DNA of 64,000 bases from a virus. A model generated the notes under the pieces. That model had not been told where the DNA came from, searched no databases, and was given only the letters and a program-made list of their open reading frames with translations. The stretch is taken from positions 1-64,000 of the IMG/VR virus record IMGVR_UViG_3300037391_000017, one strand, 5' to 3'. Shown here in pieces: positions 1 to 8,962 of the stretch. The position numbers and the translations under genes are program-made. Each line of letters begins with the position of its first letter. Position 1 is the first letter of the stretch.

Positions 1-99
1 CTTCTGTTGGTTGATCTGATCGCGACCGCTCTGAAGGGCGGTCACCCGGGCTTTAAGCTGCTTCAGTTGTTCCTGTGTCTGTTCAAGCTCCACAATCAT
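1..99 (-). CDS. Partial coiled-coil protein running off the window (MIVELEQTQEQLKQLKARVTALQ...)
   Basis: ATG at 99 overlaps the end of the Rad50-like gene; frame open to position 1; heptad pattern. Confidence 0.6.
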   Translation of the reverse strand, partial: MIVELEQTQEQLKQLKARVTALQSGRDQINQQK

Positions 100-1240
100 G
101 CTCCATGCCTTTGCCGCACTTTGGGCAAAGACTCTTCTTCAATTCTTCCTGCGCTTCAGTCAATTTTGAGTCAGTTTCAGTCAACTCGGCTGTCTTGGCC
201 TTCAGGCTGCGACGAAGCTCAATCACCTGCCCTATGGTCTTAATACTGGAATAGAGTCGCACCGAAGAGGCGTACTGTGGCTCTACGGCGTCGATGTCGG
301 GGAACACGCGGCGGTTGGCTTTCAGGACACGTAAGGTCTCGACAGCGACCAACTTCCGCCAGATCGGTAGGACGGGCACCCATGCCTCGGAGCCGCCGTC
401 TATAACCGTGGTGACCTTACCAAGCCACTTCGACAGGATGCGGGATTCCGCCGCCTGATTGAGGTAGGCGATTTGTTGCGTCAATCGCTCAACTGGGGTC
501 GTATTTGGCACCGCCAGAGCGTTCTGGAGCCGTTCTAGGGGCTTCAGACGGCTAAGGCGTGTCAGAGCCTCCCCAAGCCATACGGACTTGAAATCCAGCG
601 CCCTAATGCGAAGCTCCAGTTCGTGGAGGGTGCTCAGGAGGCAGCCGCCATTGGCGCTCAGGGGCATGAGCTTGGACTTCCGTTCCTCAGCCTCACGAAT
701 CTCCGCAGCTAGGGTTTTGGCTTCACCGTTTTTGTCACTTATCCGTGACCCGGCCTCCTTCTTGCCAGCTTCCAATTTCTCCGTGCCGCCAAAGGCACCG
801 AGGATGGCATTCAGGTCGGCAGGCTTGTAGGCTTTCTTGTCGAGCAGGAATTGGGGGTCATTCTGTACCCCGAAGATGGGGTCAAAGTCGAAGTCCCCGA
901 CAGTGATCTCTCCGCAGAGCAGGTCTTTGACGGGCGGCGGGATGTGGCCGTCCAAGCTGGTGTAGGCGTTCTTCTCGTCGCCATTGAGGACGTACTTAAC
1001 CTTCCCCGCCTTGTTGCGGGTTGCCTTGATCGTGATCCCGTTGATACTGAGGGTGAGTTCGAGGGGTTCCTTCTTAGGGTCACGGATAAAAGCGGCGTCG
1101 AGTTCGTTGCGAAGGATACCCCTGAGGGCACGGGACAGGCTGGACTTCCCCTTGTTGGAAGGGCCTGTCAGGACGGTAAGCCCGCCGATTTCTAGCTCGA
1201 AGTCCGCCCACGGTTGGAAGTTTTTGCCTGAGAGCTTCAC
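83..1240 (-). CDS. SbcC/Rad50-like ATPase, N-terminal half (Walker A, Q-loop, coiled coil, terminal CxxC)
   Basis: NFQ..ADFELE, GLTVLTGPSNKGKSS Walker A, FGVQNDPQFLL Q-loop, ends in CPKC; no ABC signature or Walker B. Confidence 0.8.
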   Translation of the reverse strand: MKLSGKNFQPWADFELEIGGLTVLTGPSNKGKSSLSRALRGILRNELDAAFIRDPKKEPLELTLSINGITIKATRNKAGKVKYVLNGDEKNAYTSLDGHIPPPVKDLLCGEITVGDFDFDPIFGVQNDPQFLLDKKAYKPADLNAILGAFGGTEKLEAGKKEAGSRISDKNGEAKTLAAEIREAEERKSKLMPLSANGGCLLSTLHELELRIRALDFKSVWLGEALTRLSRLKPLERLQNALAVPNTTPVERLTQQIAYLNQAAESRILSKWLGKVTTVIDGGSEAWVPVLPIWRKLVAVETLRVLKANRRVFPDIDAVEPQYASSVRLYSSIKTIGQVIELRRSLKAKTAELTETDSKLTEAQEELKKSLCPKCGKGMEHDCGA

Positions 1241-1409
1241 TCTATCTAATACCGCACCACAGCAATTTCGGCAGTTGGGGACTCTAATTTAAGCGAGACG
1301 TACTTTTAAGGGACGGTGCCGTTCTAGAAAATGTGCGGCGGTCTAAAGGTGATTTTGTAGCTTCTGATTTCCTAATCAAGGTACGTTTTTACGGAGGATA
1401 CAAAGAGAA

Positions 1410-1437
1410 ATCCCCGACGTGGGAAAACGTCGGGGAT
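1410..1437. other. Perfect 11-bp hairpin upstream of the tRNA-like RNA
   Basis: atccccgacgt-gggaaa-acgtcggggat. Confidence 0.6.
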
Positions 1438-1466
1438 CAGATAAAACGGCGTGCAAATCAATTCAC

Positions 1467-1540
1467 GGGCGTAGCAGGGTGCGGGAAAGGGCCTGATAAT
1501 CCAGTTCCCAGCGGTTCAAGTCCGCTTACGTCCACCACCA
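1467..1540 (+). ncRNA. tRNA-like RNA with Ala identity (G3:U70, A73), intact T arm, reduced D arm, CCACCA end
   Basis: Acceptor GGGCGUA/UACGUCC, T arm AGCGG-UUCAAGU-CCGCU, ACCACCA. Confidence 0.75.
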
Positions 1541-1617
1541 AAACAGTGCCTCGGCGTTGCCGTCGAAGTGTGTCCTATCTATGTGTCTGGTAGTAATATT
1601 TTCACTGGCTGGCGGCT

Positions 1618-1656
1618 GGTGGGTTGGAATAGGAAACTTCCAACCCCCACTTTTTG
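1618..1656 (+). terminator. Probable intrinsic terminator
   Basis: gggttggaa/ttccaaccc stem followed closely by a T-run. Confidence 0.55.
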
Positions 1657-1751
1657 CCTTCTGTGATGTAGTGGTTTCAAGCGGATACGGGGCGAGTGGT
1701 TGGGAATGGAAACTTTGAAGCCAGCGTATGGTCCCCTAGCCCATTATACCA

Positions 1752-2057
1752 TCAACCGAACGTAATGTCATTCGGGTTGGGTTTTGGTTTTGAGACCCGA
1801 GGCTTTCGTGGTCTATAAGATCGAGATCGACGCCTCTTGGTGTAAGTCGGCGTCGGCGTGTATGGTTCTCTCCACTTCGGCGCTTGAGACGGCGTAGAGA
1901 CGGTCGGAGTCGGCGTTGTTGATTTGTTAGCAAGCCAGATCAACCCAATGATTACTAGCACGGGTAGAGTGATGTACCAGTACATCACCAGTCCATATAT
2001 GGCAATCACTATCAGACCAAGAATGCCGCCAGCCGCGTTGCCGCCTCTCCGTGCCAT
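1752..2057 (-). CDS. Small membrane protein with a basic, Pro/Thr-rich tail
   Basis: Two hydrophobic segments; start overlaps upstream stop (TAATG). Confidence 0.7.
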   Translation of the reverse strand: MARRGGNAAGGILGLIVIAIYGLVMYWYITLPVLVIIGLIWLANKSTTPTPTVSTPSQAPKWREPYTPTPTYTKRRRSRSYRPRKPRVSKPKPNPNDITFG

Positions 2058-3466
2058 TAAAATAACTCCTGTGCAAACTGCGGCTCAGCTTTTTGTTCCT
2101 GTTGACGAGCCGCACGTTGTGCCAATGTTTCTCGGTACTCCCGTGCTTCTGGATACTCAACAAACTGAGCACTCAGGCCCTTTTCCCGTACAACCGTTTC
2201 GATCTCCGACAGATCGACATTGTGGAAGAACTCTTTGCGGTTGTTCACAAGGTTCAACTTACGTTCCTCAAAATGTTTGTGGAGGGCGGATTCCAATTCG
2301 GGGGCGTTCATCGAAAACATCATAGCGTGCAGGTCGAACGGGAACGGCACGGATGCCCCACTCAGTTCGGCGATGCGTTCCAGCGGCTCGATGCGGCGGG
2401 TCAAACCAATTTTGTAGACCCCCTCGCCGAAAGCGCCAATGTTTGAAATCACGTACACGAAGCCAGACTTGGTGAGTTGTGCGCGGGAGATCGCCTTCTC
2501 TTTCTTTTTGCGTGCTTCGTCCAATTTGGCTTCAAACGTGGCGACTTGGTTAGTCAACTCTTGCAACTGTGCGCCTGTCGCCGCAGCCGCTTCCTGCCGA
2601 GCCTGTTCCAGAAGCCGTTGGTAAAGAGCCTCTGCGGATTCCGCTTCTTCTTTCGCGACTTCAATTTCTTCCTGTGCCTTGGATTCCTCTCGTGCCTTTT
2701 CCCGAGCAGCACGCATCTCCTCCTGCTCTTGATGCTTCTTCTGCTCATACTCATACGCCAAACGAACCTCGTTCAGCTTGAGTTCTAGGTAATCGGGAAG
2801 GATTGAAATCCTCAGGGTCTCGCCGAGCGCGTTGACCTGAATGAACGCCTTACGGACACGCTCTTCGATCTTGGTGATGTTGTTCCAAGCCACGTCTGCC
2901 AAGAAACCTTCGCATTCACCGTTAAAGCTACGCAGCAGGGTTTTGGTCATGAGTTTGGAGAGCCGTTCCCCCTCACGACGATTGCCGCCTACCATCATTT
3001 CACGTGGGGCTGTCGTAGCTTGACCAGCCTTGACGAGTGCCCCGGTTTGGCTCCGCAAATTTTCCAAAGCCAAGCGGTACTCGGTGGACGCTTGGAATTG
3101 GAAGTGTGGTTCGTAAAGTCCAAACGAAATGTCATCCAGTTTCTCTTCGTAGAGAGCGACTTCATCGCGGAGAGCGTTGTACTTGGTTAGACCACCTTGA
3201 TACTCGGTTTCGAGTTGGGTTTTCTTCCGCATGAATTCAGTGCAGTCGATCTCTAGTTGTTGTTTCGCTGTCACCCCGGCTGCGGCGGCTTGGGCTATCG
3301 CTTCCTCTAAATTAGCAATCCCCAAGTACCGAGATCGGCACGCGGTGAGGTCTGAGGATAGTCCGAGGTTGGCCGTTTTGAGAGCCGTCCGCTGTTTGTT
3401 GAGAAAGTAAACGGCGACCGCCAAAACTACGATAACGACGGGGACGATGATGTAGATGAGGTTCAT
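2057..3466 (-). CDS. TM + DUF4041 + T5orf172/GIY-YIG nuclease (SNIPE/PD-lambda-1-like architecture)
   Basis: N-terminal TM, coiled coil, LLRSFNGECE, GFVYVISNIGAFGEGVYKIGLTRR, ELSGASVPFPFDLH, LESALH. Confidence 0.85.
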   Translation of the reverse strand: MNLIYIIVPVVIVVLAVAVYFLNKQRTALKTANLGLSSDLTACRSRYLGIANLEEAIAQAAAAGVTAKQQLEIDCTEFMRKKTQLETEYQGGLTKYNALRDEVALYEEKLDDISFGLYEPHFQFQASTEYRLALENLRSQTGALVKAGQATTAPREMMVGGNRREGERLSKLMTKTLLRSFNGECEGFLADVAWNNITKIEERVRKAFIQVNALGETLRISILPDYLELKLNEVRLAYEYEQKKHQEQEEMRAAREKAREESKAQEEIEVAKEEAESAEALYQRLLEQARQEAAAATGAQLQELTNQVATFEAKLDEARKKKEKAISRAQLTKSGFVYVISNIGAFGEGVYKIGLTRRIEPLERIAELSGASVPFPFDLHAMMFSMNAPELESALHKHFEERKLNLVNNRKEFFHNVDLSEIETVVREKGLSAQFVEYPEAREYRETLAQRAARQQEQKAEPQFAQELF

Positions 3467-3472
3467 ACCCCT

Positions 3473-3502
3473 ATTATACCCAAAAGGGATGAGGAATCGC
3501 TA
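3473..3502 (-). promoter_or_regulatory. Conserved promoter TAGCGA-N18-TATAAT, leaderless start
   Basis: One of six copies with identical spacing; ATG 6 nt after TATAAT. Confidence 0.75.
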
Positions 3503-3609
3503 ATTTTTGGCTTAATCTTTAGTAACCGTGACGGAGAATTCCCTGTTCTCCTGCGGCGTTGAGGACAGAGGCTTTACGAGGACGGCGGTATCACTAAAAC
3601 GGTATCAGG

Positions 3610-4053
3610 TTACTGAGTAGGCAACCCGAGTTCGGTGCGAGTCTTTCCGCAGGTCTTACATTTATGCCAGTTGGCACGGCAGTCAGCGTCACACTGCTGT
3701 TCATCATCGTGCGGAGGCGGGACGAATTCGTGAAGATGGAGACTAGCGGCATGGGCTGGACGAACGCAGGCCCAACTGCCTTCCTCTTCATAGCATAAGG
3801 CGCAATCGGGTTCTTGTTTTCCGAGAACCTTACGAATGGCGTTCAGCCGTTTCTCTTCGAGATCGCCTTGACCGTAGTTTCCGTCAGGTCCGGGACCGAG
3901 CGGCATATCGCGCCATTCAGTCTGCTGGAGCCGACCTTCAAGCTCCGCAAGCTTGGCGAGAACATGCACTTGGAACTGCTCGGGAAAATAACCAGTGTTC
4001 CCGTTCGCATTCAGATCACCGCAGAATGGACAGGTTGTCGGATCATGCGCCAT
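3610..4053 (-). CDS. Hypothetical Cys/His-rich protein
   Basis: Several CxxC motifs; GTATTAA-N6-ATG start motif. Confidence 0.65.
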   Translation of the reverse strand: MAHDPTTCPFCGDLNANGNTGYFPEQFQVHVLAKLAELEGRLQQTEWRDMPLGPGPDGNYGQGDLEEKRLNAIRKVLGKQEPDCALCYEEEGSWACVRPAHAASLHLHEFVPPPHDDEQQCDADCRANWHKCKTCGKTRTELGLPTQ

Positions 4054-4721
4054 ATTGATTTAATACTCGACTCGTCTGGTGTCAGGGTGACAAATCTTTT
4101 ATTCATAAACTTCGCTGGTCGAGTACGACCACGAACCCAGCCTTGTTGGAGGTGCTGATTCAATTCCGCCATTTTGATTTTCTTCTCAACTCCGTTGAGT
4201 TGAATCCAACAAGTCCCGAATTGTGAATTTTGTGGTCTGTCTTTAAGCTTTTCACGTGTCCCATCGGTCATGAACCGCAGTCCGTTCCGATTGAGGTTAG
4301 CCAGTTGTTTTTCAGTTCTTGGGGTTGCTTTCATTCTGGCTATGGCGTCAGGGGTATGCTTTCGCCCTAATAAGGTCGTCTGTATTTTCTTTCGTGTTTT
4401 AGAGGAATGATGTCCAGTAAACCCCTCACCGCCTCTGCAAACGTTGTAGCCGTACTCGGGGTCTTGGGAACGAAGGAAAGCGATGAAGTCCCGCTCGTAC
4501 TGATTTAACTCGGCATGGGTTTGAACGTCAGACAGAAGGGCGTGAATAGACCAATCGCAAGGGAGCGGATGCTTACGCATGGAGTTGAACAGATGGGAAG
4601 ACCCATGGACATGCCGCGCCTTAGAAAACTTCTTCTGGAAATACAGCTTCAAGTTGTCGCCTTTGTGCTGGCCGACATAATACTTCCCCGTGATGTGGTT
4701 GACGATCAGGTAAATGAACAT
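4011..4721 (-). mobile_element. Free-standing GIY-YIG homing endonuclease with NUMOD3-type repeats
   Basis: FIYLIVNHITGKYYVGQH, ERDFI, YGYN..RGGEG, GHHSSKTRKKI, GRKHTPDA. Confidence 0.85.
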
Positions 4722-4725
4722 GAAA

Positions 4726-4748
4726 AGACCCCCTTATTAAGAGGGTCT
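4726..4748 (-). promoter_or_regulatory. Hairpin sequestering the SD of the GIY-YIG gene; may also terminate recA transcripts
   Basis: agaccctctt-aat-aagggggtct then tttc-ATG. Confidence 0.55.
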
Positions 4749-4781
4749 GAAAGTCGTTTAATTTCAACTACCTTTCTCGAT

Positions 4782-6083
4782 TCAATCTTCCTCAACCTCA
4801 AACGCCGCACGTGCGGGCAGTTCCACACTGTCGTCGTCCAAGCCCGTCATGTAACGCTCAGTATCCGCATCAACTTCCATGATGTGGCGTCCCGTTTCGT
4901 CGTTGCGGACGGCTTCCTTGACCAGCACCCGCAGTTTGGCAAGCACTTCAGGATTCTGCTTGATGACGAGATCGTCGATGGCCGCTTCCTGATCGGGGTA
5001 GCCTGCAATGGCTTCCTCAGCCGATTTGCCGACGAACCACTTCTTGCCCACGTTGCTGATGAAGCCGTAGTCACGAGCAAGATCACGGACGGTAACGTTG
5101 TCGTCGAATCCGATGCCTTTACGTAGGTACATCGAGCCTTCACGGTAACCGCCGCCGTTGGTCTTGTTCTTCAGGATGCGAACCTTGATACGAGTCGCGG
5201 CGAAGTCCTGTAAATCACCCTTGACGCCAGTGCCGGGTTCGAGCAGGAATGCATCTTCCTGTTCGCTGCCTGCACGGATGGCTTTGTGCGTCATCGTCTC
5301 GATCATCACGCTGGGCGTGAAGCGGCAGGTCTTGCCGCCCGGAAGGATGTAAGGTAGGTTGGTGAAAGATGGGTACTTGATGGCGTACTGAGCGTCCTTC
5401 GTGGATTCAATACGTGCGCGGGGCTGGTTGACCATGAGGAATACGCAATCATAGCGGGCCGCTGGGGTCAACATGTTCTTGAAGAAACATTCCATCGCAC
5501 GGGCGTGTTCACCCGGCGTAGTCTTGTGGGATTTCTTAACATCCATGACGATCTTGCGCTCAACCTCTTCGCGCATACGGACGATGGAGTCGAATACGAA
5601 CAGGCGGACACCACCTTCCATGAATTCGAGGGTGCGCTTTTCGGCGTCCTGAATGCTATCCGGCATTATGAGTTCGCAACTGCCATCATCAACGCCGATC
5701 TTGTGGAGGTAGTTCCAATCGCCTGTACGCTCAAAGTCGAAAATGACCGCAGGCTCACCAGTGAACTTCTGATATGCGCTGACGATGCCGTAGGTCAGGG
5801 TGGACTTGCCACTGTGCTCGTTTCCGTGGATTTCAATGACACGTCCACGGCGGGGCATACCGTCCAAACCGCAAACGTCGTCAAGGGTGACGAATCCATA
5901 CGGAATACGCTCTTCCGCCACGTTGGGGTCAACGACTCGATAGTCTTTCTTGTTGCCCGCACGAGCCTTGGCGAACAGGGCGCACCGCTCCTTCGCGCTG
6001 AGTGCCCGAACCGCCTGAAAATCTACTCCCTTTACTTCTGCTTTTGCTTTCTTTGGCACGTTTTCCTCCGAACTAAACGACAA
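4782..6083 (-). CDS. recA: RecA/UvsX-family recombinase
   Basis: GMPRRGRVIEIHGNEHSGKST Walker A, LFVFDSI Walker B, VNQPR, PGGK, KNK. Confidence 0.9.
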   Translation of the reverse strand: MSFSSEENVPKKAKAEVKGVDFQAVRALSAKERCALFAKARAGNKKDYRVVDPNVAEERIPYGFVTLDDVCGLDGMPRRGRVIEIHGNEHSGKSTLTYGIVSAYQKFTGEPAVIFDFERTGDWNYLHKIGVDDGSCELIMPDSIQDAEKRTLEFMEGGVRLFVFDSIVRMREEVERKIVMDVKKSHKTTPGEHARAMECFFKNMLTPAARYDCVFLMVNQPRARIESTKDAQYAIKYPSFTNLPYILPGGKTCRFTPSVMIETMTHKAIRAGSEQEDAFLLEPGTGVKGDLQDFAATRIKVRILKNKTNGGGYREGSMYLRKGIGFDDNVTVRDLARDYGFISNVGKKWFVGKSAEEAIAGYPDQEAAIDDLVIKQNPEVLAKLRVLVKEAVRNDETGRHIMEVDADTERYMTGLDDDSVELPARAAFEVEED

Positions 6084-6912
6084 ACTCGACTCGGCTCAAC
6101 GTCTTCTTGGGGATGGTTGCATCCTTGACGGCAACGTCGTAGCTCTGGCGCTGATACATATACCAATACTCATTTCGATGAAAAATCCCCTTGGTTACGA
6201 TGCGGGTTCTGACCCCTTTACCTTTTGTTTCCTGTGTCGCATTGCAAAGAGAATTCAGGAAGTTTTGAGGAACCTCATCAGGGAATCCCATCACGACGGA
6301 TGTCACGTGTCTGGCGACCATAGCCACGAGGACGGCATCACAAGAATCAGGGTCTAACTCGGGGTAGGTTTCCTTGCTAATGAAATCGTAGGCACGGGCT
6401 ATATTCTCTGCCTTGTTCTTCGGCCCGCGCTGGGTCAACTTCATGAGCGACCGCAGCGTGCTTGCATTGATGTACAGGATGCGGATTTGCCCAAAGTTGT
6501 CCGAAAGGAAGCTGTTCTGAAATAGAACCATGTGAATCGCTCGATGGATGGACGCCAGATAGTCGTTCTGAGGCGGTGGAGCTTCGAGGGCGATAATCAA
6601 CCCAACCTTCTTGGTGTCCACCCCCTCGTCCTGCCACTTGGTGATCTGTGTCTCAAATATCTTCCGCAGGTACAGGGCGATGAGCTTACACCGTATCCAA
6701 ATCGTAGCCTGAGGGCTTAATCCACTCTCAATGGGATCGGGCTTGATCGACCCCGCACCCACCCATGAGGCTGTGGTGCCTTTGACTTCGGCGGGCTGTA
6801 CCCGCATCAGCGAATACCCAGTTCTACTGAGTGATGGATCGAGCCCGAGAATAACCCATTCCTTAATCTCTTGAATTGGCCCGGGAATCTGAAGAGGAAT
6901 CTCTTTCGGCAT
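6073..6912 (-). CDS. RuvC-like Holliday junction resolvase
   Basis: ILGLDPSLSRTGYS, IIALE, DSCDAVLVA. Confidence 0.8.
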   Translation of the reverse strand: MPKEIPLQIPGPIQEIKEWVILGLDPSLSRTGYSLMRVQPAEVKGTTASWVGAGSIKPDPIESGLSPQATIWIRCKLIALYLRKIFETQITKWQDEGVDTKKVGLIIALEAPPPQNDYLASIHRAIHMVLFQNSFLSDNFGQIRILYINASTLRSLMKLTQRGPKNKAENIARAYDFISKETYPELDPDSCDAVLVAMVARHVTSVVMGFPDEVPQNFLNSLCNATQETKGKGVRTRIVTKGIFHRNEYWYMYQRQSYDVAVKDATIPKKTLSRVEFVV

Positions 6913-7215
6913 TTAGGCTCCAAATCCAGTGCACATGGGTTTGAAGATGGGCACGAACTTCTTGCAGTCGCAGGGCTTGGTGATGGTGATCTTGGTCTCG
7001 CCGCGTTCCTTGGCCTCTGCGACAAGCTTCTGAACCTCTTCGACGCTCAGAGGGAGCGGTACGTCCCCGAGGCACTTTCCACGGCGGGTTGCGAACGGAA
7101 GGTACTCATCTGCCTTGGGATGCATTATGACCGTTAAACAGTCATACTCCTCTTCGTGGACAATCTCAGGGCAACCGCACTCACACAGGTTGAAATGTTC
7201 GCGGGAAATACACAT
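6913..7215 (-). CDS. Hypothetical Cys-rich protein
   Basis: Abuts the RuvC-like gene; GTATTAA-N5-ATG. Confidence 0.6.
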   Translation of the reverse strand: MCISREHFNLCECGCPEIVHEEEYDCLTVIMHPKADEYLPFATRRGKCLGDVPLPLSVEEVQKLVAEAKERGETKITITKPCDCKKFVPIFKPMCTGFGA

Positions 7216-7291
7216 ACTACTTAATACCGCAAAAAGAAACCCTCGGGGGTTAGCCGAGGGCGTTTTTATGTGTACGCTTGCTTTGGAAGGT

Positions 7292-8962
7292 CTACTGTTT
7301 GCTATCGGGAGGAGCTTGCTGTGTTTCCCGTTGAATCTTAACCACGGGCGGGTCTTTCCTCATCCCGTACCCGCTGTTATCTTTGTCACGACCCGCGTTG
7401 GCCTCTTCGTCATCAGACCAGTCGTCGTAAGAACCCGTGCTTTCCTTGGGCGGGCTGACTTTCTTCCGCTTGTCGTACTTGCCGTTGGACGCCGAGGATT
7501 CAATCCACCACCGCTGTGAGCCCTCAGTGTAGGACTTGGCGTATGGCTTATCCTCGATGAATTTGTTCTCACCCGGGGTCACGAGACCGCTGACTTCCGA
7601 GCCATCTTCGAATTCGAAGATCAGCTTGCGGGTGTTGCTGTACTCATCGACCTTCGCCTGAACCTTCTTGGCGAAGTCACCCTTCGGACGATAATACTCG
7701 ATCACCTGACCAGCCGAGGCATCGTAACGCTTACCCGCTTTGGTGTATTCCTTGGCGATGTACTCGATCTCGCGGTACTGGCTATGTTCGTGATCTATAT
7801 CGGTGCCATCCGTTGGCATCTGCATCTTCTTGAACTTGATGCGGACGTTGAAATTGTCCCCCATCGCGGTCACGTACTTGTAGGGGACGATCCAGCCGTC
7901 TGCCTCAGCCGACTTCTCCCACGGATCAATTGGCTTATCCGTGCGGGAGATTTCGATCTTGAACAGATTGTGTGGGGGCAGGGTGCGGTTGTCCTTCTTC
8001 TTGTCGGCGAAGAGGGTAGCCAGCAGGCTGCCATCGCGGATTACATCCTGCACATTCTCGATGTTGGAGACCGACTCAAGGATGTCTGGCAGGCCAAATC
8101 CGGCATCGCGACCTTCACGGTCGGTGTCAATCAAGACCACTGCGCCATAGCCGCCAGTCGGGAAGAAAATCTTGAGAGCGGGCTTCGACTCTTGCTTGCC
8201 GTCAATCACACGGTAGCCTTCGATGTAGTTGCCCTTGTTGTTCTGCGGTTGATCTTCAGTGATGATCTTGTAGTTCGTCAGCCGAATGCTCATCTTCCGA
8301 GCCTTCCAGAGGAAAGCTTCGCTATCGTCTGGGTGAGCGGGATCGGCGACTTTGTGGTCGAAGGGGCTGGAGAAGTCCAATTCAAGCGACTCAATCTCTT
8401 TCAGGGAGCCGTCCTTCTTGGCACCCTCAACCTCGTCAGACTTGAATGGAAACGCCTCGGACAAATCCTTGGACGTGAAAATCTTGCGGATGTTATACCC
8501 GCCGCTCATTTCAGCGTCACGCCCGTACTCTTCCTTATCGCCCATCTTCTGTTGGAACTCGTTGTACAGGTAGGCGGTGTGCACGCGGGCCTTCTGAGCC
8601 TCGGTGACCTCTTCTTCATGCTCCAAGTCCTTGCGGAGATTGAAGGTTTCGAGGTACTGGCGCATCTCCTGATTATTGGGGTCGAGAGAAGAGTTCAGGT
8701 CATTCAGCACAACGTCAATCTGGCTGTCAACCTTGGCGGTCGGCACCTTGCCGTAGATCACGACGTACTGGCCCGTGCCTTCCTTCACTTCACGAGCCCA
8801 GCCGATACGGTCATAGTAAGCGAACGCGGCAAGGACTTGCTTCTTCGTCCAGTGCTTCTCTTTGCCAGCGTCCTCAAACGCTTGACGGTAGGGCGGCACG
8901 CAGCTAGCTAGGAACATCGTGGCGATTATTGCGAGGGTTGCTAGTACGGTACGGAACTTCAT
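7292..8962 (-). CDS. Predicted lipoprotein of unknown function
   Basis: Signal peptide with LASC lipobox; 556 aa. Confidence 0.75.
   Translation of the reverse strand: MKFRTVLATLAIIATMFLASCVPPYRQAFEDAGKEKHWTKKQVLAAFAYYDRIGWAREVKEGTGQYVVIYGKVPTAKVDSQIDVVLNDLNSSLDPNNQEMRQYLETFNLRKDLEHEEEVTEAQKARVHTAYLYNEFQQKMGDKEEYGRDAEMSGGYNIRKIFTSKDLSEAFPFKSDEVEGAKKDGSLKEIESLELDFSSPFDHKVADPAHPDDSEAFLWKARKMSIRLTNYKIITEDQPQNNKGNYIEGYRVIDGKQESKPALKIFFPTGGYGAVVLIDTDREGRDAGFGLPDILESVSNIENVQDVIRDGSLLATLFADKKKDNRTLPPHNLFKIEISRTDKPIDPWEKSAEADGWIVPYKYVTAMGDNFNVRIKFKKMQMPTDGTDIDHEHSQYREIEYIAKEYTKAGKRYDASAGQVIEYYRPKGDFAKKVQAKVDEYSNTRKLIFEFEDGSEVSGLVTPGENKFIEDKPYAKSYTEGSQRWWIESSASNGKYDKRKKVSPPKESTGSYDDWSDDEEANAGRDKDNSGYGMRKDPPVVKIQRETQQAPPDSKQ

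Noticed and set aside
4011-4782. Group I intron around the GIY-YIG gene
   Set aside because: recA ends intact upstream, the downstream gene has its own start motif, and there is no room for an intron core.
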